Assembly (NCBI GenBank): GCA_963812605.1
Contig: CAWEWF010000005.1
Coordinates: forward strand, 256,001-320,000
DNA length: 64,000 nt
Source of the DNA: an uncultured Verrucomicrobiae bacterium
GTDB lineage: Bacteria; Verrucomicrobiota; Verrucomicrobiia; Palsa-1439
Reading direction: 5' to 3'
Part shown: positions 1 to 10,628 of the stretch, piece after piece
How the letters are laid out: every line of letters begins with the position of its first letter
How positions within the stretch are numbered: the stretch's first letter is position 1
The notes under the pieces: model-generated
Told to the model about the DNA's origin: nothing
Seen by the model: only the letters and a program-made list of their open reading frames with translations
Databases searched by the model: none
Program-made: the position numbers and the translations under genes

Positions 1-539
1 TTGGAATCCGCGAGAAAGCCGCCGCTGGACCATCCCCCGTCCGACAAATTCAAATCGCCCCGGATATGGATGCGGCGCAACGCGGTGCCCTGTGAGACGG
101 CCCAAATATTGATCTTGTCGTCTTGTGTCGGCGTTACGGAAAGATTTTCCGCGCTGCGCCAGAAATTGCAGGTGGCATTGCCCCGCATCCAGCGCGCCTT
201 CGAGCGCACGGCACCGGTAATGGCAACGTCGTCGGGAGATTTTCCCAGGCCCATGACCTGCGTGTAAAAGCCGACCTGCACATCCAGGTCGTACTTGCCG
301 GGCTTGAAGAGAAGCGCATAGCGATTCGTCCCAAACTGGTTGCGTTCCTGATTGCTGAAGACCGCATCGAGCCGGCTTTGCATGGTTGTCGCGTTCATGG
401 ACGAATCGAATACCAGGACATTCGGGCCGAAATCCGGGACGGCAATTTGCTCGGCAGCGGACAGCGGAGCGGAAATGAACAAGCCCTGGCCGGTGACGAG
501 CAGGAAGGCAATCATTGAGACGAGTGAAGCGGATTGCAT
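1..539 (-). CDS. GH55-type exo-beta-1,3-glucanase (laminarinase), N-terminal part; runs off the window edge
   Basis: Not in the ORF track. Manual translation from ATG 539: MQSASLVSMIAFLLV...PDFGPNVLVFD...QERNQFGTNRYALLFKPGKY...GFYTQVMGLG...GNATCNFWRSAENL...WAVSQ. These motifs match bacterial GH55 enzymes, and the N-terminus looks like a signal peptide. Confidence 0.8.
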   Translation of the reverse strand, partial: MQSASLVSMIAFLLVTGQGLFISAPLSAAEQIAVPDFGPNVLVFDSSMNATTMQSRLDAVFSNQERNQFGTNRYALLFKPGKYDLDVQVGFYTQVMGLGKSPDDVAITGAVRSKARWMRGNATCNFWRSAENLSVTPTQDDKINIWAVSQGTALRRIHIRGDLNLSDGGWSSGGFLADS

Positions 540-646
540 GCGCCGAACATAGACGCGCGTCTTTTTCGGCACAAGATTAAACCCCTCGATTGGGGCAGAT
601 TCCGACCGGGGTTTGGCATGGGCCGGCCGCTGGCTAAAACCTGCGG

Positions 647-1855
647 TTACGGGGCTGATAAAAGTCGTTTCGTGGGATCGACGGCCAGCCAGCAGAGCGC
701 GGCCAGGACGTAGCAAGCGGCGACGGTCATCAGCGACAAATCCCATGCGCCGTGCCGTTGCAGCCATTCACCGATCACCAGCGGGCTGATCGCGCCGCCC
801 AGGTTCCCGAGCATATTCATCATTCCACTGACCACGCCCGAGTGGATTCCGCCGATTTCAAGACAGACAGCCCAGCCCGGCGCGACGGCCAGCGCGGCCA
901 GGAGCGCCGCAAGCGCCAGCAACCAGGCCGCGGCGATGGGGCTGGGCGTGTGCACCGCGGCCAACATGGTGATGGCGGCCAGCGGCAGGCCGACGATGCC
1001 CGGTACACGCCGGCCGATCTTCAGGCCAACAGTGCGGACCAGCGCATCGCTGACGAGACCGCCGCAGAGCACACCGGTGGCAATTCCAATCAGCGGCAAT
1101 GACGACAACCAGCCCGCGTGTTGCAGGTCGAATCCACGGGCGCGCATGAGATAGGTTGGCAGCCACGTAAGGTAAAAATACCAGCCGTAGATCACGCCAA
1201 AATACATGAAGCACACGGCCCAGACGCTGCGGTTCGCCAACAGGTTTTGCCAGGGCACGCGTTCGTGAGGAACCGGGGGCTGGCAGCCAATTTCCCGCAG
1301 TTCCGCTTCATTGACCGCGGCGTGCCGATGTGGGTCGTCGCGGAACCACCCGTACCACGCCAGCGCCCATACGATGCCCACGCAGCCGAAGATCGGGAAC
1401 GTATGCCGCCAGTGCATTCGGTCGAGCATCCACACGACCAGCGGTTGCGTGATCGCGCCGCCGAGCGCGCCGGTCATTACGGCGAGCCCGAACGCGCGCC
1501 CGTGTTCGCGGGTGGGAAGCCAGCGCGCGAACGCCCGGGCCATGCAGGGGAAACAGCCCGCTTCGCCAACGCCAAATAACATCCGAATCAGGAACAGGGA
1601 CACGAATCCCGTTGCCCAACCCGTCACGGCGGTCATTACCGACCACCAAATCACGATGCGCGTCAGCATCAATCGCGGCCCGAACCGATCCGCCAGCCAG
1701 CCGCTGGGCACTTCCATTAGCGCATAGGCGAACGTGAAGGCACTGAAGACGCGGCCCATCTGCGCGTTGTTGAGGCCCAGGTCGGTTTTCATCGCGGGCG
1801 CGGCGGTGGAAATGCAAACGCGGTCAAGATAGGCGATCGCGGTAAGCAGCAGCAT
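647..1855 (-). CDS. MFS transporter, anion:cation symporter (sugar acid) type
   Basis: YLDRVCIS, EVPSGWLADRFGPR and RMLFGVGEAG motifs with many hydrophobic helices. The true start may be slightly upstream (PTRVRYGVLGF is in frame). Confidence 0.9.
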   Translation of the reverse strand: MLLLTAIAYLDRVCISTAAPAMKTDLGLNNAQMGRVFSAFTFAYALMEVPSGWLADRFGPRLMLTRIVIWWSVMTAVTGWATGFVSLFLIRMLFGVGEAGCFPCMARAFARWLPTREHGRAFGLAVMTGALGGAITQPLVVWMLDRMHWRHTFPIFGCVGIVWALAWYGWFRDDPHRHAAVNEAELREIGCQPPVPHERVPWQNLLANRSVWAVCFMYFGVIYGWYFYLTWLPTYLMRARGFDLQHAGWLSSLPLIGIATGVLCGGLVSDALVRTVGLKIGRRVPGIVGLPLAAITMLAAVHTPSPIAAAWLLALAALLAALAVAPGWAVCLEIGGIHSGVVSGMMNMLGNLGGAISPLVIGEWLQRHGAWDLSLMTVAACYVLAALCWLAVDPTKRLLSAP

Positions 1856-2012
1856 AAACCCCAGTACGCCGTAACGAACGCGTGTGGGAGAAGGCGAATC
1901 GTTGCGGGATGCGATCCACGGGCCTTTTTATAGCGCGGCCTGCGCGCTTCGGGCGACGTTTATTTGCAAGCGTTACGAATTGGCGTAAGTTAATTGAGAA
2001 TAGGAGGCGCAG

Positions 2013-3089
2013 ATGAAAATCATCAGACGAATCATTGTGGGCACGGTGTTTGTTATGCCGTGGTTGATGTTGAGTAATGTTCGGGCGGCAGATGTATCGG
2101 TCGGTGTTGAAATCAATTCGCCAGACGACTTTTATGAGCCGTTGTCGGCCCAAGGGTCCTGGGTGGAAGTCGGTTCGTACGGACGATGCTGGCATCCTTA
2201 TGGTGTCGCGGCCTCGTGGCGACCTTATTGCAATGGGACGTGGGTGTGGACAGATGAGGGGTGGTACTGGCAAAGCGATGAAGCGTGGTCGTGGGCGTGC
2301 TATCACTATGGCCGCTGGGCCGATGATCCGTATTACGGCTGGGTTTGGACACCGGACACGGTCTGGGGACCGTCGTGGGTTTGCTTTCGCGAGGGCGGCG
2401 GTTATTGCGGTTGGGCGCCGCTGCCGCCGGGCGCGGTGTTCGGAGCGAGCGGCGAACTGGTGATTGGCGCTGTGCCGAATGACTGGTTTGTCTTCGTCGG
2501 CGAACGCCATTTCGGTGAGCGCATCGACCAGCGCAGTGTGATTATCAATAACACGACGATCATCAATCGAACGACGATCAATACCAGAATCCGCCGGGAG
2601 AATAACCGGGTGATTGCCGAAGGGCCGCGCGTGCAGGACCTCCAACGGGTCAATCACGTGCGCATCCAGACGGGAAATGTCTCAACATTGCGCCAGCGCG
2701 AAAAGGCCCCGCCGATTGCGCATCGGGCCGCGCCGGAGCCGATACTCCACCGGGAAAATGAGAAACCGGTCGAACGTCCGGCCACTGAGCCGAAGCGTGA
2801 AACCACGCCCGGTAGGGAGCCCGAGATCATTCGTGGGCCACCAAGCGCGCCCGAGCCATCACCCGCCGAGCGGCAACGGACCGAACCGCCACCTGCGGAA
2901 AAACCACAGCGCACGGAGCCGCCGGCGGAACGGCGGGAGCCTGCCGAGCAGCACCCAAGCGAACCGGCTCATGGCGAGAAGGTCGCTCCACCTCAACACG
3001 AAAAAGTTCCTCCTCAAGAACAGAAGGGTGAACAGCACGAGGAGCAGGGACAGCAAAAGGGTGAGGAACAGCCCGGCAAGGAGCGCTAA
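2013..3089 (+). CDS. Exported DUF6600-like Trp/Tyr-rich protein with a Pro/Glu/Gln-rich disordered tail
   Basis: Signal peptide; FYEPLS.QGSW, WRPY.NG.W, WACYHYGRW and GWAPLPP motifs; low-complexity C-terminus. Confidence 0.75.
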   Translation: MKIIRRIIVGTVFVMPWLMLSNVRAADVSVGVEINSPDDFYEPLSAQGSWVEVGSYGRCWHPYGVAASWRPYCNGTWVWTDEGWYWQSDEAWSWACYHYGRWADDPYYGWVWTPDTVWGPSWVCFREGGGYCGWAPLPPGAVFGASGELVIGAVPNDWFVFVGERHFGERIDQRSVIINNTTIINRTTINTRIRRENNRVIAEGPRVQDLQRVNHVRIQTGNVSTLRQREKAPPIAHRAAPEPILHRENEKPVERPATEPKRETTPGREPEIIRGPPSAPEPSPAERQRTEPPPAEKPQRTEPPAERREPAEQHPSEPAHGEKVAPPQHEKVPPQEQKGEQHEEQGQQKGEEQPGKER

Positions 3090-3163
3090 CCGTCCGGTAA
3101 TACTGAAGAGACAGACGCGGCGATGAAGAAAATCATTGCCGCGTCTGCTGTAGTTTATCAACA

Positions 3164-4246
3164 ATGAAAACCATGCCCCATCTCTTCGAGCCGCTTACCT
3201 TGCGCGGGTTGACCCTGAAACATCGCATCATTGTCTCCCCGATGTGCATGTATTCAAGCGAGGACGGATTCGCCAACGATTGGCACCTCGTGCACTTGGG
3301 GAGTCGTGCCTGCGGCGGGGCGGCGCTGGTGTTTACCGAAGCAACGGCGGTGGAACCCGAGGGGCGCATTTCACCCGAAGACCTGGGGCTGTGGAAAGAC
3401 GAACATATCGAGTTCCTGAAGCGCATCACAGCTTTCATCAAATCGCAAGGCGCGGCGCCGGGAATTCAATTGGCGCATGCAGGCCGCAAGGCCAGCACGC
3501 TTTCGCCGCAGGCAGGAAAACGCGGGATCGTTTCCAAGGAAAACGGCGGCTGGACACCGCTCGCGCCGAGCCCGGTTCCTTTCAATCCCGGCGATCCCGC
3601 GCCGGAGGAACTCACCGTCGAGGGCATCCAGCGGATTGTGCGGAAGTTTCAGGAAGCCGCCGCGCGCGCGTTGGCAGCCGGGTTTGAAGTTGTCGAAGTC
3701 CACTCGGCCCATGGTTATTTGCTGGATGAGTTTCTTTCGCCACTTGCGAACCAGCGGAAGGATGCATACGGTGGCTCATTGGAGAATCGCACCCGCATCG
3801 TGCGGGAAGTCGTCTCAGCGATACGGAAAGTGTGGCCGGAGAGCAAACCGCTTTTCATCCGCATCTCCGCGACCGATTGGAAGGAACCGGAGGGCTGGAC
3901 GATTGAGCAGTCAGTGGAACTGGCGAAGATGGTGAAGGGGCTGGGGGTGGATTTGATTGATTGTTCTTCCGGCGGCATCGCTCCTGACGCCAAAATCCCG
4001 TCAACGCCCGGTGACCAGACGCCCTTCGCCGAGAAAATCCGTCGCGAAGCCGGTATCGCGACCGGCGCAGTCGGTTACATCACCACCGCGACTCAAGCCG
4101 ATGAGATCATCCGTACTGGCAAGGCGAACTTGGTCCTCATGGCGCGTGAATTCCTGCGCGACCCGTATTTCCCGCTACACGCCGCCGCCGAACTCCACCA
4201 GGACATCACCTGGCCCAGGCCGTACGAACGGGCCAAAGGGAAGTAG
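3164..4246 (+). CDS. namA: NADH:flavin oxidoreductase, Old Yellow Enzyme YqjM/NamA type
   Basis: SPMCMYS, EATAV.PEGRIS, QLAHAGRKAS, HSAHGYLL.EFLSP and REFLRDPY motifs. Confidence 0.9.
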   Translation: MKTMPHLFEPLTLRGLTLKHRIIVSPMCMYSSEDGFANDWHLVHLGSRACGGAALVFTEATAVEPEGRISPEDLGLWKDEHIEFLKRITAFIKSQGAAPGIQLAHAGRKASTLSPQAGKRGIVSKENGGWTPLAPSPVPFNPGDPAPEELTVEGIQRIVRKFQEAAARALAAGFEVVEVHSAHGYLLDEFLSPLANQRKDAYGGSLENRTRIVREVVSAIRKVWPESKPLFIRISATDWKEPEGWTIEQSVELAKMVKGLGVDLIDCSSGGIAPDAKIPSTPGDQTPFAEKIRREAGIATGAVGYITTATQADEIIRTGKANLVLMAREFLRDPYFPLHAAAELHQDITWPRPYERAKGK

Positions 4247-4278
4247 CTTTGCAAGAGGACAGCGGACGTTCTTCCTAA

Positions 4279-4400
4279 GAGCGCCTAACAGAACTTCCCA
4301 CGCATGTTGTAGCCGCGGCGCTCTGTCGCCGCGCCGACCTGACTTTCACCCCACGCCGACAGAGCGGCGTGCCTACAAGAGTCGGTTTTGTTAGGCGCTC
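4279..4400. mobile_element. MITE (122 bp) with near-perfect terminal inverted repeats and TAA flanks, containing a REP doublet
   Basis: taa|GAGCGCCTAACAGAAC ... GTTTTGTTAGGCGCTC|taa, with one mismatch in 16 bp. Confidence 0.7.
4308..4377. repeat. GTAG-type REP doublet (REPIN-like)
   Basis: TGTAGCCGCGGCGCTCTGTCGCCGCG ... CGCCGACAGAGCGGCGTGCCTACA, inverted palindromic units. Confidence 0.75.
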
Positions 4401-4685
4401 TAAGCCCATTAGCCTGTCGACTCGGAGCCAGCCAGCAATCGGCCTGCGACGATGCCGGATTACGTCGATTGGCGAGCGCAACTCCACGATATATGTCAGT
4501 GACATATATCACGGCTTTCGCGACAATGGATCGTTGTGGATGTATCTCTTGGAGATTTAGCGGAGGCGATTTAGGTGGATACATATGTAACAGATGCATC
4601 ATGCGAGCAAGTGGGGCGGCGCAGCTTGATGAGTTGGGCAATGCTACGGCGCGGAAGAAGGACAACCGGCGATAGAGGTAAGATG

Positions 4686-4927
4686 CGCCCGGCGACCAAC
4701 CCCCCTTGGCCGAGAGAATCCGTCGCGAAGCCGGTATCACCCCCGGTGCAGTCGGTCTCATTACCACGACTGCGCAAGCCGATGAGATCATCCGCGCCGG
4801 ACGAGCGGATGTTGTTTTGATGGCGCGGGAATTCCTGTGCGACCCGTATTTCCCGTTACATGCCGCCGCAGAACTCCACCAAGACATCGGGTGGCCCAAG
4901 CAATACGAGCGGGCGAAAAGCAGATAG
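4686..4927 (+). pseudogene. Diverged duplicate of the last 242 bp of namA
   Basis: Colinear without indels with 4005-4246; encodes AERIRREAGITPGAVGLIT...DPYFPLHAAAELHQDIGWPKQYERAKSR*. Confidence 0.9.
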
Positions 4928-4975
4928 CCTATTGCGTTTTCCACAGTTGCTAGCCTCGCTCACTTGATCGTCTTG

Positions 4976-5650
4976 CTAGAGCCCCAGCACCTTCCCCATC
5001 CACTTGGTAACGTCGTATTTATCGACTATATCGTAACGGCTTAGATGCGGCAGGCCAATGATGCGTAGGCCACCTGGCGAAGTAAAAGCACGACACCTCC
5101 ATGTGTGGTGTCCAGAAGGATGGATCAATTCCGGCATATATCCGAATCGTGAATGCAAAAAACTGTAAGGTGACTTACCAGAATTCCCGAACACGATTAA
5201 GCCGTGTGGCCGAACTATGTTGAGAATTTGCTCATGCACCTTCCAGCATAACTCGACGTTCTCGTTATAGGAACTTGAAGCGACACCTCTGCTTCGATTA
5301 AAAAGCAGATTTGATGCGGGAACTTCGCGTGGTGACAGTCCGAGGTGTTCCAGCAACCAGACGACGTGACGTTGCAGCGCGGCTTGACCAGCATCTCGCA
5401 TGCGCCCGCGTACTGTAATCCATTGCTCGTCGAGATAGTTGTTAATCGTCTTTTGAGGCAACTCTTCGAGACTGGTACGCACTGTATCCGTACCGCGACG
5501 CTCAGGTAAACCTCCCGGATTGTGGCCAATGATATATAGAGGACCGCGGCGTAGCGTGGCAGCACTGCTGTAAAGCACATGTCCGCTTTGATCTAAGATT
5601 GGTCGAAGTTGGCGAAGAGCAAACTTGGCAAGATCTTCGGCTGGCGTCAT
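4976..5650 (-). CDS. Uracil-DNA glycosylase-like superfamily protein
   Basis: YIIGHNPGG, SNLLF, IVFG and C-terminal LPHLS motifs resemble the UDG-like fold; lower GC than the flanks. Confidence 0.55.
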   Translation of the reverse strand: MTPAEDLAKFALRQLRPILDQSGHVLYSSAATLRRGPLYIIGHNPGGLPERRGTDTVRTSLEELPQKTINNYLDEQWITVRGRMRDAGQAALQRHVVWLLEHLGLSPREVPASNLLFNRSRGVASSSYNENVELCWKVHEQILNIVRPHGLIVFGNSGKSPYSFLHSRFGYMPELIHPSGHHTWRCRAFTSPGGLRIIGLPHLSRYDIVDKYDVTKWMGKVLGL

Positions 5651-5684
5651 TTAGTATCCAGACAACATTGATTAAAAACCTTAG

Positions 5685-7652
5685 CTATTCCTCATCCGCT
5701 CTCAGCTTGGCGATGACGTTTAGGTCTTCGAGGGTGGTGGTATCACCTTTGACTTCGCCGCCGGCGGCGATTTCTTTGAGGAGGCGGCGCATGATTTTTC
5801 CACTGCGGGTTTTGGGGAGCGCGTCGGTGAAACGGATGTCGTCGGGCTTGGCGATGGGGCCGATCTGGGTCGCGACATGGCCGCGCAGTTCTTCTTTCAG
5901 CGCGGGCGTGATGTTCACATCGCTGCGCGGGGTGACGAAGGCGACGAGGGCCTGGCCTTTTAGCGCGTCGGGGCGGCCGACAACGGCGGCCTCGGCGACT
6001 TTCGGATGCGACACGAGGGCGCTTTCGACCTCGGCGGTGCCGATGCGATGGCCCGCGACGTTGAGCACGTCGTCGATGCGACCGACGATCCAGAAATAAC
6101 CGTCCTTGTCGCGACGGCAACCGTCGCCGGTGAAATAGACGTGCGGGATCTCGCTCCAATACTGGCGCTGGAAGCGTTCGGGGTCGCCGTAGATGGTGCG
6201 CAGCATCGAGGGCCACGGGCGGCGGATGACGAGGTAGCCGCCGACGTTGGGCGGGAGTTCCTTGCCTTCCTTGTTGACGACGGCGGCATCGACGCCGAAG
6301 AAGGGCAGGGTGCCGCTGCCGGGTTTGGTGGGGATGGCGCCGGGCAACGGCGTGATCATGATGCAGCCGGTTTCCGTCTGCCACCAGGTATCGACGATGG
6401 GGCAGCGTTTCTGGCCGATGACGTTGTGGTACCACATCCACGCCTCGGGATTGATCGGTTCGCCGACCGTGCCGAGGAGGCGGAGGGAACTCAGGTCGTG
6501 TTTGTTCGGCCACTGGTCGCCCCAGCGCATGAACGCGCGAATGGCGGTCGGCGCGGTGTAGAGGATGGTGACTTTGTATTTGTCGATGATGCGCCAGAAG
6601 CGGTCCGGCTCGGGCCAGTTCGGCGCGCCTTCGTACATGAGGGTCGTCGCGCCGTTGGCGAGCGCGCCGTACACCGAATAGCTGTGGCCGGTGACCCAGC
6701 CGATGTCGGCGGTGCACCAATACGTGTCCTGCTCCTTCAAGTCGAAGACGTACTTCGTCGTCAGGTACACGCCTAACAGGTAGCCGGCCGTCGTGTGCAG
6801 CACGCCCTTGGGTTTGCCGGTGCTGCCGCTGGTGTAGAGAATGTACAACGGATGTTCGCTATCGAGTTTTTCGGCGGGACAATTCGCGTCGACCTGCTGC
6901 AATTCGTCATGCCACCAGACATCGCGGCCCTCCTGCATCCTGACTTCGGAATTGATGCGGCGCAGGACGATGACCTTGACGATGGACGGACACTCGCGTA
7001 GCGCGTCATCGACATTCTTCTTCAGCAGGACGGTGGTCCCGCGGCGATAACCGCCGTCGGCAGTGATGACCATCTTCGCGCCGCAATCGTGGATGCGGTC
7101 GATGAGCGCCTGCGCGCTGAATCCGCCGAAGACGACCGAGTGCGTCGCGCCGATGCGGGCGCAGGCGAGCATGGCGATGGCCGCTTCGGGAACCATCGGC
7201 AGGTAGATAATGATGCGGTCGCCTTTGACGATGCCGTTACGCTTGAGCACGTTGGCGAAGCGGCAGACTTCACGGTGCAAACCGAGGTAGGTGAGCACGC
7301 GCTCTTCGCCGGCCTTGCCGGTCGTGGCCGGTTCGCCTTCCCAGATGATCGCGGCCTTGTTGCGGCGCGGGCCATCGAGATGGCGGTCGAGGCAGTTGTA
7401 GGAGAGGTTGATCTGTCCGCCGACAAACCATTTCGCAAACGGCTCGTTCCACTCCGAAAGTTTTTTCCACGGCTTGAACCAGTGCAGTTCCTTCGCCATG
7501 CGCGACCAGAACTTTTGCGGGGACTTGATCGACTCGGCGTAGAGTTTGCGGTATTGCGCGAGTGATTTGATATGCGCCTGTTTGGCGAAAGCGGCGGACG
7601 GTTTGAATTTACGCCCCGCCTTTTGTAGCGACGTGATGTCGGTCTGCGCCAT
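5685..7652 (-). CDS. acs: Acetyl-CoA synthetase
   Basis: [18 protein letters not shown] and [12 protein letters not shown] motifs; ATG 7652 (MAQTDITSL). Confidence 0.97.
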   Translation of the reverse strand: MAQTDITSLQKAGRKFKPSAAFAKQAHIKSLAQYRKLYAESIKSPQKFWSRMAKELHWFKPWKKLSEWNEPFAKWFVGGQINLSYNCLDRHLDGPRRNKAAIIWEGEPATTGKAGEERVLTYLGLHREVCRFANVLKRNGIVKGDRIIIYLPMVPEAAIAMLACARIGATHSVVFGGFSAQALIDRIHDCGAKMVITADGGYRRGTTVLLKKNVDDALRECPSIVKVIVLRRINSEVRMQEGRDVWWHDELQQVDANCPAEKLDSEHPLYILYTSGSTGKPKGVLHTTAGYLLGVYLTTKYVFDLKEQDTYWCTADIGWVTGHSYSVYGALANGATTLMYEGAPNWPEPDRFWRIIDKYKVTILYTAPTAIRAFMRWGDQWPNKHDLSSLRLLGTVGEPINPEAWMWYHNVIGQKRCPIVDTWWQTETGCIMITPLPGAIPTKPGSGTLPFFGVDAAVVNKEGKELPPNVGGYLVIRRPWPSMLRTIYGDPERFQRQYWSEIPHVYFTGDGCRRDKDGYFWIVGRIDDVLNVAGHRIGTAEVESALVSHPKVAEAAVVGRPDALKGQALVAFVTPRSDVNITPALKEELRGHVATQIGPIAKPDDIRFTDALPKTRSGKIMRRLLKEIAAGGEVKGDTTTLEDLNVIAKLRADEE

Positions 7653-7728
7653 GAGATGTGGCTCCGGTTGTGAGATTCCCAACGACATCGCATCGTAACG
7701 GGCACGAACCGGAGGGTCAACCGCGAAC

Positions 7729-8596
7729 TCAGGGCAGTTCGATGTTCTCGATCTTAAACGGAACGCTCTTGATGGCGTCGGGTGTGGCCAGATAGATGTA
7801 CAATTGCAGCCTGGACGGGGTCTCGTTCTGGAACTGGTAGGTGCGGGAGTCGGTGCCGAAGGAATTCAGGTTGGCCCAGATTTGCCGACCATAGGCGTCC
7901 ATGAAAACCATGTCAGCCAGGCGATGATCCGGATCGTTGATGGAAAACTGGAGACCCTTTCCCTGGCCCGACCGTCGGAACGGAAAACGACGCGACATCG
8001 GAGCCGGTTCCCGGAACCGACGGAACAGCCTGGGTCGCGTTGGTCTCGGAACCTTCCTTGCCGAGGTACGTAATGGTCACGTTCCACTTTTTCAAGAGGG
8101 GATCGCTGAACGTCTCGCCAGGATGGGCCAGGAAATCCTTAACTGATGACCAAGCCGCCATTTTCAGGCGTAGGAAACAGTAAGTCCGCTTCGCCTTCGA
8201 GGAGCTTTAATGGTGTGCGCATTGCGCGCCGGACTCACGAGCTCCACCATATGCGTGGTTTGCATGGCGAAGCCGTTTCCCTGGAATGCGTACATGTTAC
8301 CCTGGGAGAAGCGCCTTCGCGTTCGCTCCTGTTCCGAGTCCACCCGCAGATCGTGTCCCGTGTCATCCACGGCGGTCGTAACCCGAACCTCGCGAATTCC
8401 GAAGGCGTCCGCCAACGTCACCGCCCGAAAAGCGCAGTTGCAAATTGCAGCGGGGCATGGCATTTCCCGTCGAGCGCATATCGGTGACACTATCAACCGT
8501 GACTTGAACGTCATTGGTCGCGCCAGTGGCGATTCCCGCAAACGCGGTCACGAACGAAAGACACAACAATGTGCGCACGCACGGGGAAGCCTTCAT
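7729..8596 (-). CDS. Exported hypothetical protein split by several frameshifts
   Basis: Signal peptide [23 protein letters not shown], then successive fragments in different frames (AVDDTGHDL; [10 protein letters not shown]; ...[11 protein letters not shown]) that read as one protein. Confidence 0.55.
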
Positions 8597-8707
8597 GACC
8601 AGCAGGCTAGCAGGAAGCGCCCCAGACTAAAAGAACAAACGCGAAGGCAAGGTCGATGGCCAATTCTCGCGTGCAACAGCTCCGAACATGGATTATCGTG
8701 AGGATCA

Positions 8708-10540
8708 ATGCGACGGCACAACACAGACAATGACGAGACGATGGTCGCGCGGAAGCGCGGGGCGCGGGAGATTTTTACGCGCATTTCCGGTTATGTCCGG
8801 CGTTATCCCGGGTTCGCCGTCAGCATGATGGCGTGCGCGGTGTTGTCGACGCTGGCCAGTCTGGCGGTTCCCAAGCTCACGCAAATGGTCATCGACGAGG
8901 TCATTCGCGCGAAGCGCGGAGAATTGCTGGGGATGTACACGGTGCTGGTGCTCCTGGCGTTTTTCCTGCGCGATGCGTTCAACGTGCTGCGCCTCCAACT
9001 CAACAACCGTTTCGAGCAGCGGGTGATTTTCGATCTGCGCCGCGACTTATACGACAAACTCCAGCGGCTCTCTGTAAATTACTATGACCAGCGCGCCACG
9101 GGCGATCTAATGACCCGCGTCATCGACGATGTCAACGCGGTGGAGCGTGTGCTGATCGACGGCATCGAGCAGGGAACCGTCTCGGTACTGAGCATCGTCG
9201 GCGTGGGCTACATGATGTTTCGATTCGACCCGCGGTTGGCGGCGCTGGCGATCGTGCCCATCCCGTTGCTGGCGGGCGGCGCGTTGCTCTACACGATCAC
9301 GGCGCACACGCGCTATCGGCTCGTGCGACAGGCGACGTCGGCCTTGAACGCGCTGCTGCACGATAACCTGCAAGGCATCCGTCAGATCAAGGGCTTCGGG
9401 CGCGAGACGCACGAGTTGGATCGATTCTCGGCGCGGGCGAATGAGTTGCGGACGGTGACGCTGAAGGTGATGGGCGTGTGGTCGGTTTATTCGCCGGCGA
9501 TGACTTTTGCGGGCGCGCTGGGATACGTCATTTTGTTGTGGTTTGGCGGGCGCGCGGTGATCGCGGGGCAGGTATCGATAGGGCAATTCGTCGGGTTCCT
9601 GTGGTATCTGGCGATGTTCTATGACCCGGTGCGACAGTTGCACAGCTTGAACCAGATGTTCCAGGCGGGTCGGGCGGCGGGCGAGCGGGTATTCGACATT
9701 CTCGACGCGCCCGTGGAGATCGGCGAGAAGCCGGGCGCCAGCGCGTTGAGCGGGCGCGTGCGCGGCGAAGTGGATTATCGGGATGTCGGGTTCGAGTATC
9801 GGGCGGATTTGCCGGTGTTGGGTGGCGTCAACATTCACGCGCGGCCGGGGGAAACGATTGCCCTGGTGGGACCAACGGGCGCGGGGAAAAGCACGATTGT
9901 GAATCTGTTGCCGCGCTTCTATGATGTGACGCGCGGGCAAATCCTGATTGACGGTCACGATATCCGCGACGTGACACTGGAATCACTGCGGAAGCAGATC
10001 GGCATCGTGTCACAGGAGGCGTTTCTCTTCAACGGCACGATTCGCGAGAACATCCTGTATGGACGGCTCGATGCGAGCGAGGCGGAGATGATCGAGGCCG
10101 CGCAGGCGGCGAACTGCCATGAGTTCGTCATGCGCCTGCCCGAGAAGTACGACTCGCGCGTCGGCGAGCGCGGCGTGAAACTCAGCGTGGGCGAGAAACA
10201 GCGCGTGAGCATCGCGCGGGCGTTGCTGAAAGATCCGCCAATTTTGATTTTGGACGAGGCCACGGCGAGCGTGGACACCGCGACGGAGAAGCTGATCCAG
10301 GAAGCGCTGGAGCGGCTGATGGCGCAGCGCACGAGCTTCGTAATCGCGCATCGACTGTCCACCGTGCGCAACGCCGACCAGATCCTGGTGCTGAAAGCCG
10401 GACATATTATCGAACGCGGCACGCACGAGGAATTGATGACGTCGGATGGCTTGTACGCCAGCCTCTGCCGCGTGCAATCCACGGCGGTGACGATTGAAGA
10501 ACGCCTGGACGAGCTGGAAGTGGACGCGACGGCAGGTTGA
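8708..10540 (+). CDS. ABC exporter, fused permease and ATP-binding domains (MsbA/MdlB-like)
   Basis: N-terminal membrane domain, Walker A GPTGAGKS, LSVGEKQR signature, ILDEAT and IAHRLST. Confidence 0.95.
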   Translation: MRRHNTDNDETMVARKRGAREIFTRISGYVRRYPGFAVSMMACAVLSTLASLAVPKLTQMVIDEVIRAKRGELLGMYTVLVLLAFFLRDAFNVLRLQLNNRFEQRVIFDLRRDLYDKLQRLSVNYYDQRATGDLMTRVIDDVNAVERVLIDGIEQGTVSVLSIVGVGYMMFRFDPRLAALAIVPIPLLAGGALLYTITAHTRYRLVRQATSALNALLHDNLQGIRQIKGFGRETHELDRFSARANELRTVTLKVMGVWSVYSPAMTFAGALGYVILLWFGGRAVIAGQVSIGQFVGFLWYLAMFYDPVRQLHSLNQMFQAGRAAGERVFDILDAPVEIGEKPGASALSGRVRGEVDYRDVGFEYRADLPVLGGVNIHARPGETIALVGPTGAGKSTIVNLLPRFYDVTRGQILIDGHDIRDVTLESLRKQIGIVSQEAFLFNGTIRENILYGRLDASEAEMIEAAQAANCHEFVMRLPEKYDSRVGERGVKLSVGEKQRVSIARALLKDPPILILDEATASVDTATEKLIQEALERLMAQRTSFVIAHRLSTVRNADQILVLKAGHIIERGTHEELMTSDGLYASLCRVQSTAVTIEERLDELEVDATAG

Positions 10541-10628
10541 AATCACGGGAACGGAAGGCGGAGCGGATCCCCGTTCGCTAGTTATTAGGGACTTCCTAAG
10601 CTCAGTGCTTTCTGTTATAGTACACCGC

